Under the pieces are notes generated by a model. That model searched no databases. It was not told where the DNA came from and was given only the letters and a program-made list of their open reading frames with translations. Positions 36,087-45,552 of a stretch of DNA of 64,000 bases are shown here, piece by piece. Both the position numbers and the translations under genes were made by a program. Source of the DNA: Lachnospiraceae bacterium (GTDB lineage: Bacteria > Bacillota > Clostridia > Lachnospirales > Anaerotignaceae); assembly GCA_040772665.1 (NCBI GenBank), contig JAXGXT010000003.1, forward strand, positions 204,085-268,084. The letters run 5' to 3'. Position 1 is the stretch's first letter; each line of letters begins with the position of its first letter.

Positions 36087-38384
36087 ATGAAAAGACCTAT
36101 TGCTTTTGCAGCAGTTTTCTTTATTATAGGCATTGTTTCGGGGCGATATATTTCAGGCGGAGAGTATATCGCCCTAACTTTAATGCTTATGTTTTTTTGT
36201 GCTTTTGTTATGAAATCTTTTTTTGGTTCTGAATTTGTTTTTATTTTTCCTCTTTTCACTGTTATAGGACTTTTAGTTTTTACCTTAAATGATGGTTATT
36301 TAAAAGAATATGAGAAAGATGTTTTTATAAAAGGGGTTGTTCTTGAGACTTCGGCAATAAAAGATGACAAGCAAAGCCTTGTTTTAAAAATTGATGAAAT
36401 AAGTTTTAATGAAAAAAGTGAAAATGTAAAATATAAGGTTAAGGCATATTTGCCCCGGGGCACATTTGTTAAAGAGGGGGATTTGCTTGTTGTTTACGGC
36501 AGGCTTAACATTCCTAAGACGCCTGTAAATGACGGAGGTTTTAACAGTTTTACATATATGAAAAGTAACGGATATGATTATTCTTTTTATGCAAAAGATG
36601 TTGTGAAGTTTGGAGAAAAGCCCCTTAGCCCTATTCAGCTTATAGGAAAATTTCGTGAAAAGATTAATAGAACTTTTGAAATAATTTATCCGTTTAAAGA
36701 AGCAGGACTTGTTAAAGCTATGGTAACAGGTGAAACCTCATCCATTGCAGAGGATTTAAGAGAGCTATATAGAAACGGCGGAATTTCTCATATTCTTGCC
36801 GTTTCAGGAATTCATACGGGAATAATAGGCGGAACTCTTATTTGGATTTTTGATTTTTTTAATATAAACAGAAGAAAAAGCGGTGTAATAATTATTTTAA
36901 TTCTTCTTCTATACATGTTTTTTGCAGGAGGACGGCCGTCTGTTGTAAGGGCGGTTTTAATGGTTTCTATTATGCTTATGGGCAGGTTTTTTCATAGGCT
37001 TAGCGACGGTTTAAGCTCTCTTTCTTTAGCCGCTGTTATTATATTATTTATAAACCCATGGCAGTTATGGGATGTGGGATTTCAATTAAGTTTTATATCT
37101 GTTTTAGGCCTTATTTTAATAGGGGAAAGATATAAAAAACACAAGGGGATTTTTAAGCAAGTTGTTTTTATGCTTAAAACAAGTTTTTTTATAAGTATAA
37201 TTACTATGCCTGTTATTGCTTGGTATTTTTATGAAGTTCCCCTTTGGGGATGTTTTGCCAATGTTATAATTTTGCCTTTAGCAGGCATTGTTATATCTTT
37301 TGCCATGGTTTCAGGGGTTCTGGGAAGCTTAAACCCATGGTTAGGCATATTTTTTGCAGGGCCTGTGTTTGGGGTTCTTAAAATTTATGAATTTACGGCA
37401 GAAGCTGTGTCGATGGTTCCTTTTTCAAATATTCTTTTAGGAAGGCCGCCTTTTTTGGCTGTTGTTTCATTTTATCTTATAGTTATTATTCTATTAAAAT
37501 GGGAGGATATTGGAAGAGGCGAAATTGCAATCTGTTCTGTTTTAGCTTTGGTTATTTTCGGGAGCATGAACTACGAAAGGTTTAAAGGAATATCAACTGT
37601 GGATTTTCTTGATGTGGGACAGGGGGATTGTGCTGTTTTAAGGCTTTGGAACAAAGATACATATATTTTTGACACAGGCGGATATGGATATAAAGAAAGC
37701 GGAGATAACACAGGGGTAAAAATTGTTATTCCATATTTAATGAGCAACGGCATAGCGGAGGTTGAAGGGATTTTTATTTCTCATATGGACAGCGACCACA
37801 TGGCCGGAGTTTTTGAGATAATTGAAAAATATAAGGTGAACAATCTTTATATTTCCAGATATAACTGGAAAAACGAAGAGGACTATATAAGGCTTACACA
37901 GCTTGCAAAAAGCAAAAATATAGTGATTTGGGAGATACAGGGCGGTGTTTCGGCGATACTTGAAAAAGGTATTGAAATAAGCTGTTTTTATCCTTTTGAA
38001 TGGGAAAACAAACATAACAATGACAACAGCGGCTCTCTTGTGTTAAAGTTAGAAATTGGTGAAAAAAGATTTCTTTTTACTGGGGATATAACTTCTGAAG
38101 ATGAAAAACTGATTGTTGAAAGAGGAATTGATTTGAAAACAGATGTTATTAAAATTCCTCATCATGGTTCTAAGTTTTCAAGCACCCATGAGTTTCTTGA
38201 AAAGGCAGAGGCTGAATTTGCTGTTATTTCTTATGGGAAAAATAACGTATACGGGCATCCCTCATGGGAGGTAGTTAGAAGGCTTGAAGAGTCAGGAATA
38301 CAAGTTTTTAAAACAGCCGCAGACGGAATGGTTACATTTAAAACAGACGGCACAACAATAAAGGCGGAAACAATGGAGAGGTAA
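36087..38384 (+). CDS. comEC: DNA internalization competence protein ComEC/Rec2 with a C-terminal metallo-beta-lactamase domain
   Basis: 765 aa polytopic protein with a SGIHTGII competence motif and the beta-lactamase motifs FLDVGQGDC and HHGS. Confidence 0.92.
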   Translation: MKRPIAFAAVFFIIGIVSGRYISGGEYIALTLMLMFFCAFVMKSFFGSEFVFIFPLFTVIGLLVFTLNDGYLKEYEKDVFIKGVVLETSAIKDDKQSLVLKIDEISFNEKSENVKYKVKAYLPRGTFVKEGDLLVVYGRLNIPKTPVNDGGFNSFTYMKSNGYDYSFYAKDVVKFGEKPLSPIQLIGKFREKINRTFEIIYPFKEAGLVKAMVTGETSSIAEDLRELYRNGGISHILAVSGIHTGIIGGTLIWIFDFFNINRRKSGVIIILILLLYMFFAGGRPSVVRAVLMVSIMLMGRFFHRLSDGLSSLSLAAVIILFINPWQLWDVGFQLSFISVLGLILIGERYKKHKGIFKQVVFMLKTSFFISIITMPVIAWYFYEVPLWGCFANVIILPLAGIVISFAMVSGVLGSLNPWLGIFFAGPVFGVLKIYEFTAEAVSMVPFSNILLGRPPFLAVVSFYLIVIILLKWEDIGRGEIAICSVLALVIFGSMNYERFKGISTVDFLDVGQGDCAVLRLWNKDTYIFDTGGYGYKESGDNTGVKIVIPYLMSNGIAEVEGIFISHMDSDHMAGVFEIIEKYKVNNLYISRYNWKNEEDYIRLTQLAKSKNIVIWEIQGGVSAILEKGIEISCFYPFEWENKHNNDNSGSLVLKLEIGEKRFLFTGDITSEDEKLIVERGIDLKTDVIKIPHHGSKFSSTHEFLEKAEAEFAVISYGKNNVYGHPSWEVVRRLEESGIQVFKTAADGMVTFKTDGTTIKAETMER

Positions 38385-38387
38385 TTG

Positions 38388-39374
38388 ATGGACAAGTTTT
38401 GGAAAGAAATCAGGGAAAAGAATTTAGACCGTGTGTACCTTATGTACGGAGAAGAGGAATATTTAAAGCAGAGATATGAAAAAAGGCTTATTGAAGAGTT
38501 TACAGATGATTTAAGCGGTGATATGAACATAAGTTTTTTTGGAACTGATGTTGATTTAAACAGCCTTATGGGAGCTGTTGAAACACTGCCTTTTTTCAGT
38601 GAAAAGCGGTTGGTTATTGTTAAGGACAGCAAGCTTTTTAAAAGCGGAAAAAAAAATGACAGTGAAAGGCTTGCAGATTATTTATCTAATGTTCCTGAAA
38701 GCACTTGTCTTGTTTTTATTGAAAATGAGGTTGACAAAAGAGGAAAGCTTTTTAAAGGAGTTTCAAAAGAGGGAAGAGCAATTGAGTTTAAAACTCCCTC
38801 TGAAAAAGAACTTATTGAATGGGTGAAAAAGGAACTTAAGGCATTAGATGCTTATATTGACAACAGCACAGCTGCGTTTTTTTTAAGACACGTTGGTGCA
38901 GGGATGGAAAATGCATACAGCGAAATTATGAAGCTTGGGGCATTTAAAAGAAAAGGGAATATAACAACTGAGGACATTGAAGAGGTTTGCACAAAATCTC
39001 TTGAGGCTAAAATTTTTGACCTTATGGAGGCTATAGGTGAAAGAAAGCCGAAAAAAGCATTATCAATTTACAGGGGAATGATAACCGCAAAGGAAGCCCC
39101 TGTGATGATACTTACAATGGTTACAAGGCAGTTTCGGCTTTTGCTTCAGTGCAAGCTTATGGACAAAGACGGAATGGGAGCAGGGCAGATAGCCAAGATT
39201 TTAGAGCAGAGGGATTTTGTTATTAAAAGATGCATAAGTCAAAGCAGAAATTTTACTGAGGAAATTCTTAAAAGTGCCATGCAGGAATGTCTTAATGCAG
39301 ATGTTTCTTTTAAAACAGGAAAGATAAAAGACGAGCTTGCTGTTGAGCTTATTATTATAAAATACAGCAGTTGA
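38388..39374 (+). CDS. holA: DNA polymerase III delta subunit
   Basis: About 328 aa. YL.YGEE.YL N-terminus. Its position after comEC matches Bacillus. Confidence 0.85.
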   Translation: MDKFWKEIREKNLDRVYLMYGEEEYLKQRYEKRLIEEFTDDLSGDMNISFFGTDVDLNSLMGAVETLPFFSEKRLVIVKDSKLFKSGKKNDSERLADYLSNVPESTCLVFIENEVDKRGKLFKGVSKEGRAIEFKTPSEKELIEWVKKELKALDAYIDNSTAAFFLRHVGAGMENAYSEIMKLGAFKRKGNITTEDIEEVCTKSLEAKIFDLMEAIGERKPKKALSIYRGMITAKEAPVMILTMVTRQFRLLLQCKLMDKDGMGAGQIAKILEQRDFVIKRCISQSRNFTEEILKSAMQECLNADVSFKTGKIKDELAVELIIIKYSS

Positions 39375-39395
39375 TTAGAAGAGGCTATACAAAAA

Positions 39396-39520
39396 AATCA
39401 GCTTTTAAAGGCTGTTTTGGCGAAGAGAAATCTTGAGCTTTGCCCAAACCCACTCACTTTTTGACAAAAAGTGAGGTAAAAATTTTTATTTAAACCCATA
39501 GATATGCGGTTTAAATGTGG
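39396..39520 (+). repeat. Diverged single unit of the intergenic repeat family (holA-recQ spacer)
   Basis: cgaagagaaatcttgagctttgcccaaacccactcactttttgacaaaaagtgaggtaaaaattttt...atgcggttt aligns with unit 42826-42917. The stem ctcacttttt/aaaaagtgag (39453-39475) is a compensated version of cttgcttttt/aaaaagcaag. Confidence 0.7.
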
Positions 39521-39596
39521 ATGATTGCGGTATAAATAAGCAAGGTTTTACTCTAAAGATATTAAATATAATAAAGAAAGATTTAGGTAATTAATT

Positions 39597-41087
39597 ATGC
39601 AGGACAAAAATGATGTTTTAAAAAGGTTTTTCGGCTTTGACAGTTTCAGGCAAGGTCAGGAAAAGCTTGTTGATTCTATTTTGGAAGGCAAGGATGCAGT
39701 TGGAATAATGCCTACGGGGGCAGGCAAGTCTATTTGTTTTCAAGTTCCGGCAATGATATATGAGGGCATTACAATTGTGGTTTCGCCTCTTGTTTCGCTT
39801 ATGAAAGACCAAGTTATGGGGCTTGTTTCTTCAGGTGTTCCGGCGGCTTTTTTTAACAGCATGCTTAACGAAAGGCAATATTTAAAAGCTTTGAAAAATG
39901 CTAAAAATGGGTTTTATAAAATTATTTACGTTGCCCCTGAAAGGCTTCTTACCCAAAGGTTTCAAGAGTTTGTTCAAAGTGTGGAAATATCTGTTGTTGC
40001 AATTGATGAAGCGCATTGTGTGTCGGGATGGGGACAGGATTTTAGACCCAGTTATCTGGAAATCAGCAAGTTTATTGAAACATTAAAGCAAAGGCCCGTT
40101 GTCTGCGCCTTTACAGCAACGGCCACCGAAAATGTAAAAAATGACATTGTAAAGCTTTTGGGAATTAAAAATCCTGTTATGGTTACAACAGGGTTTGACA
40201 GAAAAAACCTTTATTTTGAAGTTCAGCAAAACAAAGATAAAAAAACCCAACTTTTGGAGGTTTTAAGAAAAAACAAAGGGGAAAGCGGAATTGTTTATTG
40301 TTCCACAAGGAAAAAGGTTGAAGAAGTTTATGATTTTTTAAAGGGAATCGGCATAGGTGTAACAAGATACCATGCGGGGCTTAGCTTAAAGGAAAGAAAT
40401 GAAAACCAAGAGGATTTTCTTTTTGACAGAAAAAGCATAATGGTTGCCACAAACGCTTTTGGCATGGGAATTGACAAATCCGACGTAAGGTTTATTGTGC
40501 ATTTTAATATGCCTAAGGATATGGAAAGCTATTACCAGGAAGCCGGCAGGGCAGGCAGGGATAACGAAGAGGCAAGCTGTATTATGCTTTACAACAAACA
40601 GGATGTTGAAATTGCTAAATTTATGATTGCAAACGGCAAAGACAAGCTTGATATTGACGAGGAAGAAAGAAGCCGCCTTATTGAATGTGATTTGGAAAGG
40701 CTTAAAAAGATGGTTTTTTATTGTACCACCCATGACTGTCTTAGGCACTATATGCTTGAATATTTCGGCGAAAAAGGTGAAAAAAAGTGCTCCAATTGTT
40801 CAGGATGTATTAGAACGGAAAAAGAGATTTTTATAAGCAGAATTAAACCTCAGGTAAATAGTGAGCTTTATGAAGAGCTTAAAAAATTGAGAAAAGAAAT
40901 AGCTCAGGAAAGAGGAGTGCCTGCTTTTGTTATTTTTTCCGACAAGGTGCTTAAAGAAATTTGCACAGTTATGCCGAAAAGTGAAAGAGAGCTGCTTTCT
41001 GTTTCAGGGGTGGGCAGAGAAAAAGCCGAAAGATACGGAAGAAAGATTATCGAGGCAATTGAGGATTATTTTAATGAGTTTTCATAA
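39597..41087 (+). CDS. recQ: RecQ-family ATP-dependent DNA helicase (short form with HRDC)
   Basis: FGFDSFRQGQ, MPTGAGKS, DEAHC and Cys-rich zinc motifs, with a C-terminal HRDC-like segment. Confidence 0.92.
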   Translation: MQDKNDVLKRFFGFDSFRQGQEKLVDSILEGKDAVGIMPTGAGKSICFQVPAMIYEGITIVVSPLVSLMKDQVMGLVSSGVPAAFFNSMLNERQYLKALKNAKNGFYKIIYVAPERLLTQRFQEFVQSVEISVVAIDEAHCVSGWGQDFRPSYLEISKFIETLKQRPVVCAFTATATENVKNDIVKLLGIKNPVMVTTGFDRKNLYFEVQQNKDKKTQLLEVLRKNKGESGIVYCSTRKKVEEVYDFLKGIGIGVTRYHAGLSLKERNENQEDFLFDRKSIMVATNAFGMGIDKSDVRFIVHFNMPKDMESYYQEAGRAGRDNEEASCIMLYNKQDVEIAKFMIANGKDKLDIDEEERSRLIECDLERLKKMVFYCTTHDCLRHYMLEYFGEKGEKKCSNCSGCIRTEKEIFISRIKPQVNSELYEELKKLRKEIAQERGVPAFVIFSDKVLKEICTVMPKSERELLSVSGVGREKAERYGRKIIEAIEDYFNEFS

Positions 41088-41123
41088 GTTTTTTCTATAT
41101 AAATTCAAAGCCTAAAATATGCA

Positions 41124-41162
41124 GTGCCTTAGAAAGAATTTTCTCTCTAAGGCACTTTTTTA
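41124..41162. terminator. Terminator hairpin between recQ and the convergent lipoprotein gene
   Basis: gtgccttaga / tctaaggcac 10-bp stem followed by T7. Confidence 0.75.
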
Positions 41163-41167
41163 TTATT

Positions 41168-42187
41168 TTACTGTTCTGACAGTTCTTCTATTTTTTTATT
41201 AAGTTCAGCCATATATTCATCGCTTGTTTTTGTTCCTTTTATAGTTTCGCCTATAACCTTGCCTGAATTATCAACGAAAACTGTTGAGGGCAGACCTTCA
41301 AGGTTTTTTAGAACCCAGTTAGCCAGATAGTCATCCATTTTTATTGTTAAAAATTCTGCGTCAAAGGTTTTAAGTTCGTTTTTAACAATTGCTTCCGCAT
41401 CGGCTTGGGGAGTATCAATAACGGCATAGAGTAAATTAACTTTTGTTTCTTTTATGTTTTTTAAAAGACCATAAAGTTCTTGCAGTTGGGGAATTTCGTT
41501 TAAATCAGGGTAGGCATATGTTGCACCAAAGTTAACAATTGTTATATCTGCATTCCCAAAGATTTTACTTGTAACAGTTTCGCCGTTTATACTTTCTGTT
41601 TCAAAGGTAAGATATTGGTTAAAAAAGTTTGCTTGTTCATCAAGAAGTGAAGGGTCAAAGCTTTTTGTGGATATGGAAGCTTTAAGTTCTTTTGCGGCAG
41701 AAACAAGCTTATTATAAATTATTAAATCTTCTTCACTAAGTGTGGATTTTGCCGATTTTGAACCTGAAAGAAAATAATATCCAAAATCTCCTTGTTCACT
41801 AACCTTTTCGCTTTCTTCAAAGTTTTCAGCTTTTGAGGATTGTTTTCCTTTTTCATAGCTCCCTTTTTTAGCAACAACTATTTGGCATATAGCCTCTCCC
41901 GTTTGAGAAATTGTTTTTTCTCCAGCATCAAGGGCTTTAACCTCATCAGCTGTCAAGTAAAGATATGTTATTTCCGCAAAGGTGTTTTCTCCCCTTTGGG
42001 TTATAGGGTATATATTTGTTTTTTGATATTCCTCCCAAAGTTTTGGGGTGGTATAGGAAAGACCGATATTATCAAGTATTACTGTGTTATTAATTTCTTC
42101 TTCTGTATTCTTTTCTTTTTTTGAACATCCTGCAAAGGCGGTTATAAAAAGGGAAAGGCATAAAAGTTTTAAAATTAGCTTTTTCAT
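41168..42187 (-). CDS. Lipoprotein with a C-terminal TlpA/ResA-like thioredoxin fold that lacks the CxxC motif
   Basis: Lipobox FAGC. IVNFGATYAYPDLNEIPQLQELY aligns with the canonical VNFWATWCGPC...L..LY motif. GLPSTVFVDNSGKV is the conserved cis-Pro region. Confidence 0.7.
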   Translation of the reverse strand: MKKLILKLLCLSLFITAFAGCSKKEKNTEEEINNTVILDNIGLSYTTPKLWEEYQKTNIYPITQRGENTFAEITYLYLTADEVKALDAGEKTISQTGEAICQIVVAKKGSYEKGKQSSKAENFEESEKVSEQGDFGYYFLSGSKSAKSTLSEEDLIIYNKLVSAAKELKASISTKSFDPSLLDEQANFFNQYLTFETESINGETVTSKIFGNADITIVNFGATYAYPDLNEIPQLQELYGLLKNIKETKVNLLYAVIDTPQADAEAIVKNELKTFDAEFLTIKMDDYLANWVLKNLEGLPSTVFVDNSGKVIGETIKGTKTSDEYMAELNKKIEELSEQ

Positions 42188-42296
42188 AGATTTTTCTCCT
42201 TATAAGTCAATTTTAGTATTATATATTAATTTTGTCCCTGTTGCAAATGAATATTTAAGGGAAAAAGGAATATAAAATTATTAGGGAGGTGTTTTT

Positions 42297-42659
42297 ATGA
42301 AAAAGTCTTTAAAAAGAGGAAACAGTGTAAAAAAAAGACCGTCATACAGCAATTATCCAAAGAAAAAAGAAAACAGTCTTACTTCCAAGCAGGAGGCTGT
42401 TTTTATTAAAACATGTGTAAGCCTTATTCTTATTATAGCTGTGTTTTTTATAACAAGGGTTGGTTCGGAAAAAGCGGATGTTTTAAAGGCACAGCTTAAA
42501 ACTGCCATAACCGAAAACATTTCATTTGATGAGGCAAAGGAATACGGAGAAAAAGGAATAGAGGTTATTAAAAACATTAAAGAAAGCCAAACTGAAAGAA
42601 TGGAAGAAATTTTTGACAACGAAATGCTTTTGCCAAATGATGCCGCCTTATCAAATTAA
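42297..42659 (+). CDS. Hypothetical small membrane-anchored protein
   Basis: 120 aa with a basic N-terminus, one TM helix and an acidic tail. GGGAGG RBS. Confidence 0.5.
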   Translation: MKKSLKRGNSVKKRPSYSNYPKKKENSLTSKQEAVFIKTCVSLILIIAVFFITRVGSEKADVLKAQLKTAITENISFDEAKEYGEKGIEVIKNIKESQTERMEEIFDNEMLLPNDAALSN

Positions 42660-42728
42660 TTAGTGCATTTATGGCTTTTCTGGGTTACAATAAAAGAAAT
42701 AGATGAAAAAAGTTAAAGACATTACAAG

Positions 42729-42985
42729 GTAAGACAGACCTCGGGCGTTGCCCAAATCCACTCGCTTTTTGAAAAAAACGAGGTAAAAACTTTTGTAAGA
42801 CCATATAAATATACGGTTCAGACTGAAGACAAACCTTGGGCGTTGCCCAACCCCACTTGCTTTTTGAAAAAAGCAAGACCAAAAACTTTTATCAAAACCG
42901 CATATTCATGCGGTTTTAGGTGGGTCAAGGGTAAAGCTTTTAAGGTCTTAACTTTGTTTATGTTTCGAAAGGTTAAAGACCTTGG
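42729..42985 (+). repeat. Two tandem units of about 95 nt from the intergenic repeat family, plus a hairpin tail, immediately upstream of the radical-SAM gene
   Basis: Unit B 42821-42929 matches 12601-12709 at 106 of 109 positions. Unit A (42729-42820) is a diverged copy. Tail hairpin: aaggtcttaac / gttaaagacctt. Confidence 0.8.
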
Positions 42986-43016
42986 ATTTGTTTGTTGAAA
43001 AATGGAGGATATACAC

Positions 43017-44870
43017 ATGAAAAATGCAGTTCCCGACGAGATACTTTTGCAGGTTTCAAAGCCGGCAAGATATGTAGGCGGAGAAGTTAATATGGTAAAA
43101 AAGGATTTAGAAAAGGTTGACATAAGGTTTGCTTTTTGTTTTCCAGATGTTTATGAAATAGGTATGAGCCATTTAGGGCTTCAAATTCTTTATTATTTTT
43201 TAAACAGAAGAGAAGACACATATTGTGAAAGAAGTTTTTCCCCCTGGGGTGACTTAGAAGAGAAAATGCGTGAAAACAATATTCCTATGTTTTCCCTTGA
43301 AACACAAAGTCCTCTTAAAGACTTTGATTTTATAGGCTTTACTCTTCAATATGAGCTTTGCTACACAAACATTATAAATATGCTTGACCTTGCAGGCATC
43401 AGCCCTTTTGCAAAGGAGCGAAAGGAAGAAGACCCTATTATAATTTGCGGAGGCTCTTGTGCTTATAACCCTGAGCCTTTAGCTGATTTTGCGGATGTTT
43501 TTTACCTTGGTGAGGGCGAGGTTTTATATGATGAAATTTTAGACAGATATAAAGAAAGCAAAAAGAAAGGTATGACAAAAGCTGAATTTCTTGAAAGTCT
43601 TTTAGACTTAGACGGGCTTTACATGCCTAAATTTTATGATGTAAAATATAAAGACAACGGAGAAATAGAAAGCTTTGAGCCTAACCATAAAAATGCAAGA
43701 AAGGTGATTAAAAAAGTTGTTGTGAAAGATATGGACAAGTCTTTTTATCCTGAAAAGCAGCTTGTTCCCCTTATTGAGGTTGTGCATGACAGGGTTACTT
43801 TAGAGCTTTTTCGAGGATGCATAAGAGGGTGTCGTTTTTGTCAGGCAGGGTTTGTTTACAGGCCCGTAAGAGATAAAACACCTGAAACACTTTTTGAGCA
43901 GGCCAAAAGCCTTGTTAAAAACAGCGGGCATGATGAAATTTCACTTATATCGTTAAGCACAAGTGATTTTCTTTGTTTTCCTGAGCTTGCAGAGCTTATG
44001 CTTGATGAATTTTCGCAAAAAGCCATCAATATTTCTCTTCCATCTTTAAGGATTGACGCTTTTTCTTTGGATTTAATGGAAAAGGTTCAGGAAGTGAGAA
44101 AAAGCAGCCTTACCTTTGCCGCAGAAGCAGGCACACAAAGGCTTAGGGATGTTATTAACAAAAACCTTACAGAAGAAAGTATTTTAAACGGTTGTAAGCT
44201 TGCCTTTGACGGAGGGTGGCACAAGGTTAAGCTTTATTTTATGCTTGGCCTGCCAACTGAAACAGACGAGGATTTAGAGGGTATCGGCGATTTAACAAAT
44301 AAAATTGTGGAAAAGTATTTTGAAATTCCAAAGGAGCAAAGAACAAAGCAAATAACTGTTAATGCATCTGCTTCGTGTTTTGTGCCTAAGCCTTTTACTC
44401 CTTTTCAGTGGGATGCCCAAGACAGCTATGAGGAGTTTGGAAGAAAGGCAAGGATTGCAAAAAACAGCATAACAAGAAAGCAGGTTAGGTTTACTTACCA
44501 TAACACAAAAATGAGTTCTCTTGAGGGAGTTATGGCAAGGGGCGACAGAAAAATCGGAAAGGTTATTTACAAGGCTTGGGAAAACGGATGCAGATATGAC
44601 GGATGGAGTGATATTTTCAACTGGGAGGCATGGGTTAAAGCTTTTGAGGACAGCAATATCGACCCATGGTTTTATGCCAACAGAGTAAGAAGCTATGAAG
44701 AAATTTTACCTTGGGATCATATTTCTGTGGGAGTTTCAAGAAAGTTTTTAGAACTTGAAAGAGAAAAAGCCTTAAAGGCACAAACAACACCTAATTGCAG
44801 ACAGGAATGCACAAACTGCGGGGCAAAAGCTTTTGGGGGAGGTATATGCTATGACGACATACAGGTTTAA
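43017..44870 (+). CDS. B12-binding-domain-like radical SAM protein (TIGR03960-like family, function unknown)
   Basis: CIRGCRFCQAG radical-SAM cluster motif. VSKPARYVGGE N-terminus as I recall for this family. GGAGGA RBS before 43017. Confidence 0.85.
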   Translation: MKNAVPDEILLQVSKPARYVGGEVNMVKKDLEKVDIRFAFCFPDVYEIGMSHLGLQILYYFLNRREDTYCERSFSPWGDLEEKMRENNIPMFSLETQSPLKDFDFIGFTLQYELCYTNIINMLDLAGISPFAKERKEEDPIIICGGSCAYNPEPLADFADVFYLGEGEVLYDEILDRYKESKKKGMTKAEFLESLLDLDGLYMPKFYDVKYKDNGEIESFEPNHKNARKVIKKVVVKDMDKSFYPEKQLVPLIEVVHDRVTLELFRGCIRGCRFCQAGFVYRPVRDKTPETLFEQAKSLVKNSGHDEISLISLSTSDFLCFPELAELMLDEFSQKAINISLPSLRIDAFSLDLMEKVQEVRKSSLTFAAEAGTQRLRDVINKNLTEESILNGCKLAFDGGWHKVKLYFMLGLPTETDEDLEGIGDLTNKIVEKYFEIPKEQRTKQITVNASASCFVPKPFTPFQWDAQDSYEEFGRKARIAKNSITRKQVRFTYHNTKMSSLEGVMARGDRKIGKVIYKAWENGCRYDGWSDIFNWEAWVKAFEDSNIDPWFYANRVRSYEEILPWDHISVGVSRKFLELEREKALKAQTTPNCRQECTNCGAKAFGGGICYDDIQV

Positions 44871-45552
44871 ATTTAGTAAGTATGGAAACGCAAAGTTTAC
44901 AGGGCATCTTGACGTTTTGCAGACATTTCAGCGGACAATAAAACGTGCCCAACTTCCCATTGCTTATTCACAAGGTTTTAATCCCCACCAGCAGCTTTCT
45001 TTTGCCTTGCCTTTAAGTCTTGGATACACAAGCACAGGAGAGTATGGGGATTTTAAGCTGACGGAATATATTGAGCCAAAAGAAGTGATTGAAAGCCTTA
45101 ACAAAGAGATGCCTGATGGTTTTTTACTTACAGAGGTTATTGTTTTAAAAGAGGGAGTTAAAAACACAATGGCAAGTGTTTGTGCCGCAAGATACAAGGT
45201 GTTTTTTGATGAAAGCATAAAAGCTGAAGATATTAAAAACAATCTTAAAGGTTTTTGCAATCAAGAGAAGATTATTGTCATGAAAAAAACCAAAAGAGAT
45301 TTTAAAGAAACCGACATTAAGCCTGATATTTTAGAAATATATGATGAAAGCAGCGATGAAGGGGCTGTTTTGGGAATGGTTGTTTCGGCGGGAAGCACAA
45401 GAAATCTCAAGCCTGAAAGTGTTGCTTTAGGGTTTTCTTTATTTCTTGGTAAGGAGTTTAATGTTTTTAAAACAGGGTTTATGCGTGAGGAAATGTATAT
45501 GGAGCAGGAAGGCAGTCTTGTTTCTTTAGGTTTTGGAGTTGGAAGAAAATGA
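44851..45552 (+). CDS. Radical-SAM-associated protein (TIGR03936 / DUF2344-like)
   Basis: KFSKYGNAKFTGHLD...FNPHQ motifs. Overlaps and is coupled to the upstream radical SAM gene. Confidence 0.75.
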   Translation: MTTYRFKFSKYGNAKFTGHLDVLQTFQRTIKRAQLPIAYSQGFNPHQQLSFALPLSLGYTSTGEYGDFKLTEYIEPKEVIESLNKEMPDGFLLTEVIVLKEGVKNTMASVCAARYKVFFDESIKAEDIKNNLKGFCNQEKIIVMKKTKRDFKETDIKPDILEIYDESSDEGAVLGMVVSAGSTRNLKPESVALGFSLFLGKEFNVFKTGFMREEMYMEQEGSLVSLGFGVGRK

